A stretch of DNA of 63,325 nt from Cyanobacteriota bacterium (lineage in GTDB: Bacteria > Cyanobacteriota > Cyanobacteriia > Cyanobacteriales > Nostocaceae), in assembly GCA_046045965.1 (NCBI GenBank), contig JBJOKS010000028.1, positions 1 to 63,325 of the forward strand, written 5' to 3'. The notes under the pieces were generated by a model that had not been told where the DNA came from, made no database searches, and saw nothing but the letters and a program-made list of their open reading frames with translations. A program made the translations under genes and the position numbers. Below are positions 9,866-19,375 of this stretch, in pieces (position 1 is the first letter of the stretch; every line of letters starts with the position of its first letter).

Positions 9866-10537
9866 ATGAGTTCAAAAACAAAGGAATTACAGACGGGTTA
9901 CGCTCAAACTCGCTTGCTGCTTGCGTTGTGGGATTTGGGAGCAAATGAACAGGAAGTGAAAAAAGGTTTGCTGACAAAGCGGATAGTGGCTAAGGGTCAG
10001 AAGATGGCCGACTATAAGGAGATTTTAGAGGATTTGCAAATGCAGGGGGCGGTTAATGTTTCTCGGACTGGTTATACTCTCATGTCACCCATAGGTTTAG
10101 AAGTGTTGGGTGCGGGTTTGCGTAGTAGTGAGTTTAAGTTTGAGGGGACTATTGTTGGTACTTGGGCTGCTAATGCGTTGCTGCGGTGGATAGGTCAGAT
10201 TGATGTTGCGGTAAGTGCGCCGGTTGTTGCTAGTGATGCGGTTAAGGGTGGGGTTATTGGTTCCTATGAGGAGTTTAAAACTGTCGCGTTGGATGTTTAT
10301 GACAAGTTGAATAACGATTACAACCTAGATGATTTAGTACCTATCTATCGCATTAGAAGAGAAATAGGTGAACGAGTTAGCCGTGAAAAATTCAATACAT
10401 GGCTAGTAGAAATGCAAGCAGATGACATTTTACAGTTAATTGCCGGAGAAATACCAGACTTTACCGCTGATAAACGGGAAGATTCGATTTCTATACCAGG
10501 TACACAATTACGTTCTTATGCTAAACGCTTGATTTAA
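9866..10537 (+). CDS. Hypothetical protein, probably two winged-helix-like domains; first gene of three-gene operon
   Basis: N-terminal helix-turn-helix/wing pattern; C-terminal LVPIYRIRREIG...FNTWLVEMQ helical pattern; fold call is inference. Confidence 0.7.
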   Translation: MSSKTKELQTGYAQTRLLLALWDLGANEQEVKKGLLTKRIVAKGQKMADYKEILEDLQMQGAVNVSRTGYTLMSPIGLEVLGAGLRSSEFKFEGTIVGTWAANALLRWIGQIDVAVSAPVVASDAVKGGVIGSYEEFKTVALDVYDKLNNDYNLDDLVPIYRIRREIGERVSREKFNTWLVEMQADDILQLIAGEIPDFTADKREDSISIPGTQLRSYAKRLI

Positions 10538-10584
10538 TCACATTATCTACAAACTTTTTCGTTCCTTGCACCTGAGAAATTACC

Positions 10585-12507
10585 ATGACAAATACTCCTT
10601 TTTCTCCCATAGAAGCTGTTAACACCGCAATCAATAATCATAATCCATTTACTAATGCTGGAATTGTTAAAGAACAGGATGTTTGGGGAAAAGGAGTCCC
10701 CGATGTACCCACATTAAACGCCCATGCTTCTAATAAAGTTTTTCAAGCCATTGAATTTGTTAAAAAAAGTCAATCTAGTCAAGATAAAGTAACTTCAATT
10801 GCTATTACTGCACAACAGGGAGTTGGTAAAACCCATCTTTTGAGTCGCATTCGTCATGAACTGGAAAAACAGGGAGGTGCTTTATTTGTCTATGCCAGTG
10901 CTAATAACTATACAGACTTAAATTTAGTTAAGTACCAATTCCAGCAAACTTTAGCAGATAGTCTGAGTAAAACTGGTAGCCAACAAGTTATGCAATGGCA
11001 AGAAGTAGCCGCAGCTATGGCCAACGAAGGTAGAGAAAAAGCTCCTACTCCAGCAGAATTAGTCAAAAGATTTGACCAAGCTTATAAAAAGAATAAAAAC
11101 TTAATGAATAATCTGCAAAAACAGGTTATTAAAAATAAATCTGATGCAGATCCTTATATTCTTCGTGCTATTTTGTGGACACTTTCAGAAACCCAAGCTC
11201 CTTTTGCGATTAAATGGCTATCTGGAGAAGAATTAGCTCAATTAAATGCTGATGAATTGGGATTACCTAATCCTAGTAAAACTAATCAAGATAGAGAAAG
11301 TGAAGCTCTTAAAAATATTCAACAAATTTTAAATTTAGTTGGTTATTACAACTCAATTGTTATTTGTTTTGATGAAATAGAAGTTGAAAGCAACTGTAAT
11401 GAGGATGGATTTCCTACAGCAAGTGTAATTGCTAATTTCGTGAAAATTCTTCATGATACTTTGGAAAATTCAGACCTTAGCCAAGGTGTAGTTATTCTAA
11501 CAGTTATGATGCCTGAAGCATGGAGAGATAAAGTAAATTCTCTTCCAGGTGGTACACCTGATAGAATTTCCAAATTCACACAACGAAAACCAGTAGATTT
11601 GAAATTTGTTAGTGCTGATTCTATGGTACAGTTAGCGACTGTTTGGCTGCGAGAATATTACAGTTCAAAAAACTTAATTCCTCCACATCAACTTTACCCA
11701 TTTGAAGAAATTCATCTGAGAGAATACGGGAAAAACAAACCAACTGTGAGGGAAGCTTTACGATGGTGTGCAGATAACTTTAAGGTTGAAGAAGAAAAAC
11801 TTCCTGATGATCCATTTGAGAGGTTTGAACTAGCATTTACAAGGGAAAGTGAGGTAAAGATTGAAGAATATATAGAGGATGCTTCTCGAATATCTGAAGC
11901 TCTTTATTTTGGCTTTAATACTTTAAAAGGACAGACAATAGAATGCGTAATGATTGAAGACATTACCAACGATATCAAACCTAAAGCAAAAAATAACAAC
12001 TTTATCAATTTTAAAATTATTGGTAAAGAAAATGGAAAAGAAGTAAAAATTGGTGTATCGGTTATCCAGGATTCTCAATTTACATTAAATGCAGCTTTAA
12101 AACGTTTGAATGACTATCATACTTTTGATTTAACACGTGGTTGTTTAGTGCGTTCTCAATCAAAAATAAAACAAATGAAAAAAACAGCAGCTACATATAG
12201 TTTGCTGAATGAGTTGATTATACACAAAGGGGGAGAAAATGTAGATTTAATAGAAGATCAAATTCGTCCACTTATAGCCATCTTAGCTATTTATCAAAAG
12301 CGACAAACTTATAAACTAACAGAGGAACAGATTTTTGATTTTATATCTAAAAATAACATCACATTTGATAATCTGTTATTAAGAGAAATTTTAAGTGATC
12401 CATCTGGTAATATGCCTGATGTTGATGATATGGGAGGATTATTTGATGAAGATGATAATATTTCTGATGTTGATGATGAAGATAATTTGAGTGATTTATT
12501 TGGTTAA
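10585..12507 (+). CDS. P-loop ATPase, BrxD/DUF2791-like
   Basis: Walker A AQQGVGKTH; Walker B IVICFDEIE; AIKWLSGE...LGL motif resembling BrxD-like ATPases; acidic C-terminal tail. Confidence 0.8.
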   Translation: MTNTPFSPIEAVNTAINNHNPFTNAGIVKEQDVWGKGVPDVPTLNAHASNKVFQAIEFVKKSQSSQDKVTSIAITAQQGVGKTHLLSRIRHELEKQGGALFVYASANNYTDLNLVKYQFQQTLADSLSKTGSQQVMQWQEVAAAMANEGREKAPTPAELVKRFDQAYKKNKNLMNNLQKQVIKNKSDADPYILRAILWTLSETQAPFAIKWLSGEELAQLNADELGLPNPSKTNQDRESEALKNIQQILNLVGYYNSIVICFDEIEVESNCNEDGFPTASVIANFVKILHDTLENSDLSQGVVILTVMMPEAWRDKVNSLPGGTPDRISKFTQRKPVDLKFVSADSMVQLATVWLREYYSSKNLIPPHQLYPFEEIHLREYGKNKPTVREALRWCADNFKVEEEKLPDDPFERFELAFTRESEVKIEEYIEDASRISEALYFGFNTLKGQTIECVMIEDITNDIKPKAKNNNFINFKIIGKENGKEVKIGVSVIQDSQFTLNAALKRLNDYHTFDLTRGCLVRSQSKIKQMKKTAATYSLLNELIIHKGGENVDLIEDQIRPLIAILAIYQKRQTYKLTEEQIFDFISKNNITFDNLLLREILSDPSGNMPDVDDMGGLFDEDDNISDVDDEDNLSDLFG

Positions 12508-12513
12508 TTAATT

Positions 12514-13911
12514 ATGAATAAATCGGTTTCAATCTACAATGCTTTATGTTTACCAGTTCCTGATATTGAAGCTTTGATACAAGGACGAAGTATTGCTGCA
12601 ATTCCTCGTAAATTGGTGAATACTGGGCAAAAATTCGCTCTTTATCCTGTTGATACTTCAGCAAATGTGATTTCAATTAAAGCATGGGCTAAATGTGAAC
12701 TTTGTCAAATTCCAGATAAAACAACACCTTTAGATATTTTATCTCAATTAACCATCTGGAAACCAGAAAGATTTGAGGAAATATTACAAAAACATCCGCA
12801 TTTTTTTCTAGCTTATTTACGAGTTTATCATTTACCTGAACCTTTGGAAATTCCAGCTATTCCTAATATTCAAGATAAACTGGGTAAATTTGTCGGTTTA
12901 CCTACTATTTCCGCTTCTGAAGCTAAACCCGTATTAAGTGATTATGTATTTAACCAACGTAAACAACAATTAGAAAACCTCCAACCTCCTCTACATCCCG
13001 AACTAGAAGAATTACAAAGTTTATTATTACCAATAGCTAACAATAACCCAGCAGCACAACAATTAGAAAATGACATCAACGTATTTTTAGGTTGGAGTAA
13101 TGAACCAAATAAAAATACACTAAATTCTGATTTAACTTGGATCAAAACAATTACAACATTAGGAGATAGAAGCATAGAATTTGAAGAGAAAAAAAGTAAC
13201 TATCAAGCGGGTACAGACTTTGAAAACATCTCCCGTCAAAGCCTTGATTTTTTAGGTTTTAAAGTTGAAAATGCTTATAAAGGAGGTGCGGGAGGTTTAG
13301 ATTTATATTGTTCACAACCTTATCCTATTGTTTGCGAATGTAAAGCAGGTAAAAGTATTCCAGATCGTGCAGTAGAAGAATTAGATAGAATTGGTAAAAG
13401 ACATCTGCAAGAAAATTATCTGCAAGCAGTACGCTTAATTATTGGACCAGGAGAACCTACAAAACAACTCAAAAAATCTCTCGAAAAATCTGCGAAAATA
13501 TCTAAAACCAGTATTATTAAAGCTATGACATTACAAAAATTAGTAGAACTAAAAGCAAAATATCCAGGTGCAATAAATTTAATTGAATTAAAAGAATACT
13601 TAGAACCAGGACAAATAGACTATAAAATTAACGAATATATAGATAAAATAGAAAAAGAGATAAAATTGCGATCGCACATTATTCAACTCGTTAAAAACTA
13701 TCTCCAAAATGCAGGAATAGAATCTACAGGAGTTGACACTTTACATGGTGCATATTTTGGATCACATCCACCACAACCACTTAAAACAGAAGAAATGCAC
13801 GAAATATTAATAGAACTATCATCACCCCTAACAGGATACTTAGGAAGAGAAAAAGGAAACGACTGGAAAACAGATAAATTCTATTATTTACGCGACTTAC
13901 CAATAAATTAA
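12514..13911 (+). CDS. DUF1802-like N-terminal domain fused to a PD-(D/E)xK (Mrr-like) endonuclease domain
   Basis: N-term DIEALIQGR..FALYP..IKAWA..LRVYHLPEP; nuclease motif FE(x)n GGAGGLDL(x)n ECKAG. Confidence 0.75.
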   Translation: MNKSVSIYNALCLPVPDIEALIQGRSIAAIPRKLVNTGQKFALYPVDTSANVISIKAWAKCELCQIPDKTTPLDILSQLTIWKPERFEEILQKHPHFFLAYLRVYHLPEPLEIPAIPNIQDKLGKFVGLPTISASEAKPVLSDYVFNQRKQQLENLQPPLHPELEELQSLLLPIANNNPAAQQLENDINVFLGWSNEPNKNTLNSDLTWIKTITTLGDRSIEFEEKKSNYQAGTDFENISRQSLDFLGFKVENAYKGGAGGLDLYCSQPYPIVCECKAGKSIPDRAVEELDRIGKRHLQENYLQAVRLIIGPGEPTKQLKKSLEKSAKISKTSIIKAMTLQKLVELKAKYPGAINLIELKEYLEPGQIDYKINEYIDKIEKEIKLRSHIIQLVKNYLQNAGIESTGVDTLHGAYFGSHPPQPLKTEEMHEILIELSSPLTGYLGREKGNDWKTDKFYYLRDLPIN

Positions 13912-13979
13912 AAATAACCCTCTTCTCTCTTCTTTTCTTTCCTTCGTGTCCTTCGTTCCTTCGTGGTTCGTTTCTCAAA

Positions 13980-14342
13980 TCATCCCAAAGTTAAAACACC
14001 CGCTGGAAAATTCACCACCAAAGGCAAAAACTCCAACCACGCAGAACCCAACAAAATCTCCGTTAATTCATCTCCAGCATAAACAGGAATTTCATACTCT
14101 TGGTTATCCAAAATTACCTTACCTAAATAAATGTCAAATCTAGACTCTCCCTGTGCAGTGCGTAGCTTTTCCTTAGATATAAATGACCAATTTAGACCTT
14201 GTAAATCTTGTTTATTAATAGCCATAAAGCCTGTGAAACCAGTATCAAACAAAGCATCTACAGGTAGATTTAAGCCATCAGCAGTAATTAATTCAACCTC
14301 AAAAAATAACCGCCCCCCATCACCAAAATAACCCTGTATCAT
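13980..14342 (-). CDS. Clan AA (retropepsin-like) aspartyl protease
   Basis: ALFDTGF catalytic motif and EILLG C-terminal motif; 120 aa. Confidence 0.85.
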   Translation of the reverse strand: MIQGYFGDGGRLFFEVELITADGLNLPVDALFDTGFTGFMAINKQDLQGLNWSFISKEKLRTAQGESRFDIYLGKVILDNQEYEIPVYAGDELTEILLGSAWLEFLPLVVNFPAGVLTLG

Positions 14343-14656
14343 ATTCTGCCAGTTACTCCAGTTTCATTGATACCAAATAAAAAATGTATCACATTAGGAT
14401 GTTTCTCTCTAGCTTTCTTACTAGCAGTTTCCTTATCCTGATCAACAAAATAATCACCGCTATCTGGTTCTATAGCAATATACCAACCATAATGTTCTTT
14501 TATCAACTCAGGACGCAATTGTTCAAAAATTGCCCAGCAACGTTGATAAAATAGTTCATCTTCAGCTTTACGTTTAGCTAACTCTTCTGGTGATAAAGTC
14601 AATTCAGGAAAAATCCTGCCTCTTCTTCTTGGTTGTTGTGATGTTAATTGTGTCAT
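14339..14656 (-). CDS. Small hypothetical protein (DUF5678-like) translationally coupled to the protease
   Basis: ELIKEHYGWYIAIEPDSGDYFV...AREKHP pattern; ATGA overlap with the protease gene. Confidence 0.75.
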   Translation of the reverse strand: MTQLTSQQPRRRGRIFPELTLSPEELAKRKAEDELFYQRCWAIFEQLRPELIKEHYGWYIAIEPDSGDYFVDQDKETASKKAREKHPNVIHFLFGINETGVTGRI

Positions 14657-14733
14657 AGTTTTTAACTCAATTATGCAAACTAAAATAATGGTAACATATT
14701 ATATTTTGTTGTAAGAATTCAGGTGAGGCGATA

Positions 14734-14799
14734 AGATCCCCGACTTCTTTTGTTTATTATGTCCATAAATGATAAATTGATCTTAGAAGTCGGGGATCT
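14734..14799. repeat. Palindromic element copy 2, inverted relative to copy 1
   Basis: Reverse complement aligns with 8620-8683 including the loop; a short variant follows at 14841-14873. Confidence 0.85.
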
Positions 14800-14898
14800 G
14801 GGTATGAACGATTGCTATTTTGCGTGAGATTAAAAAAGTTAAATCCCCGACTTCTTCAAGAAATCGAGGATTTAAACAACAGGATAATTAATTGTTTT

Positions 14899-16482
14899 TT
14901 AACCGAGAGAAACAGTTAAACTACCTGGTTTAGCCAAATCACCGGTTAACACCACACCGCGATTATTAGCATGGAGATGACGGAGAATTTTGTAAATTGC
15001 TTCTACTTCTTCAGCAGCACCAGCTTTATCAGCAACTTCAGAAAGAGAAAGAGCTTTCTTTTCTGTTTGCAGAACTGTCATTACTTTTTGTTGTAAATCG
15101 AGAATTACAGCGGCGGCTTTTTTACCTGCTTCCACACCGGGTTGGTGATAAGCATTAATATTAACTAAACTGGCATAGAAACCTACAGCCCGTTCATACA
15201 ATGCAATTAACGCGCCAACTGTGCGAGCATTAACTTGAGGAATAGTCACCGTAATGGAATCGCGGTTATTTTCATACAGTGCTTGACGAGTTCCTAACAA
15301 AAAACCAGCCAAATAATCACCAGAAGTCACACCTGGATCAATTTCTGGAGATGCACCTTGACGGTCTTCTAAAACCTCAATTAAGGTTGCAAAGAAATTG
15401 GGTACACCTTCCCGCAATTGTTGAACATAGGCGTGTTGGTCAGTAGAACCTTTGTTACCATAAACGGCAATACCTTGATATACAGTTTTACCGTCTAAGT
15501 CTTTTTCCTTACCCAAAGATTCCATTACCAGTTGTTGCAAATAGCGGCTAAATAATAACAAGCTGTCTTTATAAGGTAAGACAACCATATCTTTTTCGCC
15601 TTTGCCATTTCCAGAGAAATACCAAGCCAAAGCTAACAAAGCCGCTGGGTTATTCTTGATATTAGCGACGCGAGTAGCGTCATCCATTTCTTTTGCCCCA
15701 TCCAGCATGGCACGGACATCAATACCCTGTAAAGCCGCAGGAACTAGCCCTACAGCAGACATTTCCGAGGTACGTCCACCCACCCAGTCATACATAGCAA
15801 ACCGGGCTAACCAGTTTTCAGATTTGGCGACTTTATCTAGGTTGCTATCTGGCCCGGTAATAGCCACTGCATATTTAGCAAAGTCTAAATTTTTGGCAGC
15901 ATAGGCTTTTTTCACCTCAATCATGCCATTACGGGGTTCGGGAGTTCCCCCAGACTTGGAAATGACTAATACTAAAGTGCTGGCGAGATTTTCGATTTGG
16001 GAAAGAACCCGATCAATACCTGTAGGATCAGTATTGTCAATAAAATGAATCTTCAGAGGTGGAAAATCAGGGGAGAGGGCTTCAGCCACAAATTCTGGAC
16101 CCAACGCAGAACCACCAATACCAATAGAAATGATATCTGTGAAGCGGCTTTCCTTGGGGGGATGTACAGCCCCAGTGTGTACCTGGTCAGCAAAAGCTTC
16201 GATTTGTTCTAAGGTTTGGACAATTTCTTGTGTCAGTTCTGGAGTCGGTGCTAAATCGGGATTTCGCAACCAGTAATGTCCTACCATCCGGTTTTCATCA
16301 GGATTGGCGATCGCTCCCTTTTCCAAAGCTGCCATATCCGCAAACGCCTTGTCAAACTTGGACTGCAACGACTCCACAAAGGCATCATCGAACCGCATCC
16401 GGCTAATATCTAGATACAGTCCTAATCCCTCGTGGAAATATAACCAATCTTGGTAACGTTGCCAAAGTGCCTTAGCATCCAT
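14899..16482 (-). CDS. pgi: Glucose-6-phosphate isomerase
   Basis: [31 protein letters not shown] and QPGVEAGK motifs. Confidence 0.97.
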   Translation of the reverse strand: MDAKALWQRYQDWLYFHEGLGLYLDISRMRFDDAFVESLQSKFDKAFADMAALEKGAIANPDENRMVGHYWLRNPDLAPTPELTQEIVQTLEQIEAFADQVHTGAVHPPKESRFTDIISIGIGGSALGPEFVAEALSPDFPPLKIHFIDNTDPTGIDRVLSQIENLASTLVLVISKSGGTPEPRNGMIEVKKAYAAKNLDFAKYAVAITGPDSNLDKVAKSENWLARFAMYDWVGGRTSEMSAVGLVPAALQGIDVRAMLDGAKEMDDATRVANIKNNPAALLALAWYFSGNGKGEKDMVVLPYKDSLLLFSRYLQQLVMESLGKEKDLDGKTVYQGIAVYGNKGSTDQHAYVQQLREGVPNFFATLIEVLEDRQGASPEIDPGVTSGDYLAGFLLGTRQALYENNRDSITVTIPQVNARTVGALIALYERAVGFYASLVNINAYHQPGVEAGKKAAAVILDLQQKVMTVLQTEKKALSLSEVADKAGAAEEVEAIYKILRHLHANNRGVVLTGDLAKPGSLTVSLG

Positions 16483-16571
16483 CATGAGGGAATTCTCACA
16501 TATATTGGTCAAACTCCAGTTTAATGTATGGTTTTGGCGATCCCTGCTTTGTCTTATACAGTTTTTAATCA

Positions 16572-16780
16572 GGTGGCTGGAGGTAGAAGGCAGAAGGCAG
16601 GAGGCAGGTGGCAGGAGGCAGAAGGCAGGTGGCAGGTGGCAGGAGGCAGAAGGCAGGTGGCAGGAGGCAGAAGGCAGGTGGCAGGTGGCAGGAGGTAGAA
16701 GGCAGGTGGCAGAAGGCAGGAGGCAGAAAAAAGAATTAATTTTTCTTTCCCTATTCCCTATTTCCTATTCCCTATTCCCA
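16572..16780. repeat. Long STRR array GGCAG(G/A)(A/T), ~20 units, followed by a TTCCCTA array
   Basis: Direct inspection. Confidence 0.9.
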
Positions 16781-16805
16781 CTGATAACTTTTAACTGATC
16801 ACTGT

Positions 16806-17072
16806 TTAAACATCCGGCTGAGGAATAACACGTAAAAATTTGACTATTTCCCCTGTAATTTCTATACCTACAAGATAATTATCTATAGTGAAGCGATAAA
16901 AAATCCCTTCCTCATCAAGCTGTCGCAACTCTGGGAGTCCATGCAACTGCCACTTGTGAGCAGCCCACTCAACAAAGACAAAATTATACACCCGTTGATA
17001 TGCAGCGGGTTCTAAACTTTTGAGGTCTATCAAAAAAGACCTGGCATAGCGCACTTCTACTTCCAGATTCAC
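16806..17072 (-). CDS. RelE/ParE-like toxin-fold protein
   Basis: VRYARSFLIDLK...YRFTIDNYLVG...FLRV resembles RelE; 88 aa; GTG start. Confidence 0.7.
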   Translation of the reverse strand: MNLEVEVRYARSFLIDLKSLEPAAYQRVYNFVFVEWAAHKWQLHGLPELRQLDEEGIFYRFTIDNYLVGIEITGEIVKFLRVIPQPDV

Positions 17073-17112
17073 TCTTGCTCACCAATTCTATTTTATTAAC
17101 TTTCGTTTCTGA

Positions 17113-17310
17113 TTACAGGAACATTAACAGCCGTATCGCCTCTTCATGGGTTAATATGTCCCACGGATGCTGCGACGGCTTAACTTGTTCTATAGCTTTG
17201 AGCATATAAGAGTCAAAATGCAAGGCTTGAAGCACCTCCCAAACACTTTGCATATCCTCATCAGCTATTTGCTCAATCAGGTGGTGCATCCTAATCCGTA
17301 GTAAATTCAT
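17113..17310 (-). CDS. Small hypothetical protein, putative antitoxin
   Basis: 65-aa helical protein upstream of the RelE-like gene; ends LTHEEAI. Confidence 0.6.
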   Translation of the reverse strand: MNLLRIRMHHLIEQIADEDMQSVWEVLQALHFDSYMLKAIEQVKPSQHPWDILTHEEAIRLLMFL

Positions 17311-17430
17311 ACTTAACAAAAATAGCTATGGTAAATTCTTGACAATACCCAAGGTACACTACAATCTATTCCGTTGCATTCCTGGGGACTGGGTGGGGAG
17401 ATAGGGTATAGGAAAAAATGAATTCTTTCT

Positions 17431-17486
<56 letters not shown>

Positions 17487-17490
17487 AATT

Positions 17491-18600
17491 ATGATTGAAT
17501 ATCTTATTTTTCTGGCTATTTCTACCGCTACTTTTGCTCTGTTTGGACTGGGGCTGAATTTGCAGTGGGGTTTTACAGGTTTGATTAATTTTGGTCATAT
17601 TGCTTTTATGACCTTGGGCGCATACACCACAGTTCTGTTAAGTTTAAAGGGTGTACCTCTATTATTTTCAGCTATTGCTGGGGCAATTGTCGCCGCTTTG
17701 TTGGGTTTGGTGATTGGTTTTGCAACTTTGCGCTTACGAGAAGATTATTTGGGTATTGTTACCATCGGCACAGGAGAATTAATTCGTTTAGTGGTTAATA
17801 ACCAAGATTTACCAGTTGGTGATGCTTGGGTATCTGGGGCGTTTGGTGTGCAGAGTTATCTTATACCCTTGAATACAACGCCAAATTTATTTTTCCGATT
17901 GCTGATGATTGGTGTACTTACCCTGCTAACAATTATTACTGTATTTTCTTTATGGCGCTGGGTGAAAACTACCAAAAAATCTCCCAGCAATAACCCAGAA
18001 TTCTTTTCCCATTTGATAGTCGGGATCATTTTAGGTGTATTGTCAATAGCAATTTATGTCGCTGGTGTGATGGGACTTTATAACTACAACCCGAAAGCCG
18101 GTTTAATGTTGTTGTCTTTATTAGTATTAGCGTTTGTATTTTGGCGGTTAGAATTTTTAGTCAAATCTCCTTGGGGTCGAGTTCTCAAAGCAATTCGGGA
18201 AGATGAAGAAATACCCAAAGCATTAGGTAAAAACGTCTTTTGGTATAAACTACAATCTTTAATGTTAGGAGGTGCGATCGCTGGTATTGCTGGTGCTTTC
18301 TTCGCTTGGCAACTCAGCGCCATTTATCCTGATAATTTTCAACCCCAACTCACTTTTGACGCTTGGATTATGGTGATTTTAGGCGGTTCTGGTAATAATA
18401 TTGGTACAATTTTAGGAGCAGTAATTTATTTCGCTTATGATGCTCTAACACGAGAATTTTTACCAAGAATTGTCCCCTTAGATGTAGAACGCATCGGTGC
18501 TTTTAGAATTATGTTTATCGGTCTAATTCTTATGGTACTGATGATTTGGCGACCTCAAGGTATTTTAGGTAAAAAGGAGGAACTGACTCTTGGTAAGTAA
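17491..18600 (+). CDS. natC: Neutral amino acid ABC transporter permease (LivM-like)
   Basis: GLINFGHIAF, LRLREDYL, SPWGRVLKAIREDE and ILGGSGN motifs. Confidence 0.88.
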   Translation: MIEYLIFLAISTATFALFGLGLNLQWGFTGLINFGHIAFMTLGAYTTVLLSLKGVPLLFSAIAGAIVAALLGLVIGFATLRLREDYLGIVTIGTGELIRLVVNNQDLPVGDAWVSGAFGVQSYLIPLNTTPNLFFRLLMIGVLTLLTIITVFSLWRWVKTTKKSPSNNPEFFSHLIVGIILGVLSIAIYVAGVMGLYNYNPKAGLMLLSLLVLAFVFWRLEFLVKSPWGRVLKAIREDEEIPKALGKNVFWYKLQSLMLGGAIAGIAGAFFAWQLSAIYPDNFQPQLTFDAWIMVILGGSGNNIGTILGAVIYFAYDALTREFLPRIVPLDVERIGAFRIMFIGLILMVLMIWRPQGILGKKEELTLGK

Positions 18601-18701
18601 TACAGCAATAAACAGGTAATACCAAATATTCAGTAAGAGATGGAGAAATTAAAGGGTTTGTTAAAATAGTTAATACAAGCAGTTTATAGGGAGAAATAGC
18701 C

Positions 18702-19271
18702 ATGACAGTTGCTACGGCTAAAAAAATGACCTTTGCAGAATTTATTCAATTTGATGACGGTACAGATACTTTATATGAATTGGAGAACGGAGAATTAATT
18801 TCTATGCCTTTAGAAAGTGAGCTAAATCGGCGGATAGCAATGTTTTTATTAATCTATTTTTCTCAATTAGGTATTCCCTATTACCGCTTGAGTATGAAAA
18901 CAGAAATGGCTGTCTATAGTCGGCTGGTAGGGGTGCGTGTTCCTGATTTGATCGTGTTTTCTGAAGAATTAGCTCAGGTAATGCAGGGTGCTACACGCTC
19001 TCTCATTTTAATGGATATGCCACCACCTTTGTTAGTTGTCGAGATAGTAAGTCCAAATCAGGAAAATCGAGATTATCGTTACAAGCGTTCTGAGTATGCA
19101 GCACGAGGTATTGCTGAATATTGGATCGTTGATCCGATGCAGCAAAAGGTAACGGTTTTAGAGTGGGTGGAAGGTTTTTATGAAGAGCAAGTTTTTACAG
19201 TTGATCAGACAATTTGTTCTCCTTTATTTACGGATCTCAAGTTAAATGTAGCTGAGGTTTTACAAGGATAA
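18702..19271 (+). CDS. Uma2 family endonuclease
   Basis: YELENGEL, RVPDL, LVVEIVSP, KRSEYAARGIAEYWIVDP. Confidence 0.93.
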   Translation: MTVATAKKMTFAEFIQFDDGTDTLYELENGELISMPLESELNRRIAMFLLIYFSQLGIPYYRLSMKTEMAVYSRLVGVRVPDLIVFSEELAQVMQGATRSLILMDMPPPLLVVEIVSPNQENRDYRYKRSEYAARGIAEYWIVDPMQQKVTVLEWVEGFYEEQVFTVDQTICSPLFTDLKLNVAEVLQG

Positions 19272-19375
19272 AATATAATCTTAATTGGTAATGGGTAATT
19301 GGTAATGGGTAATTGTTAACTACTCAAAATCATTTATAATAATTAATTAAAAGTTAAGTTGAGAAGAAAAACGTC

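Noticed and set aside
9866..13911. Calling the operon a BREX or classical R-M system
   Set aside because: No pglZ, pglX, brxC, helicase or methyltransferase nearby; only the ATPase is BrxD-like
16572..16727. Possible CRISPR array
   Set aside because: 7-bp tandem units with no unique spacers; no cas genes in the window
16484..16798. 104-aa ORF rich in GRRQEA repeats
   Set aside because: It is a translation of an STRR heptamer array and overlaps the pgi start region
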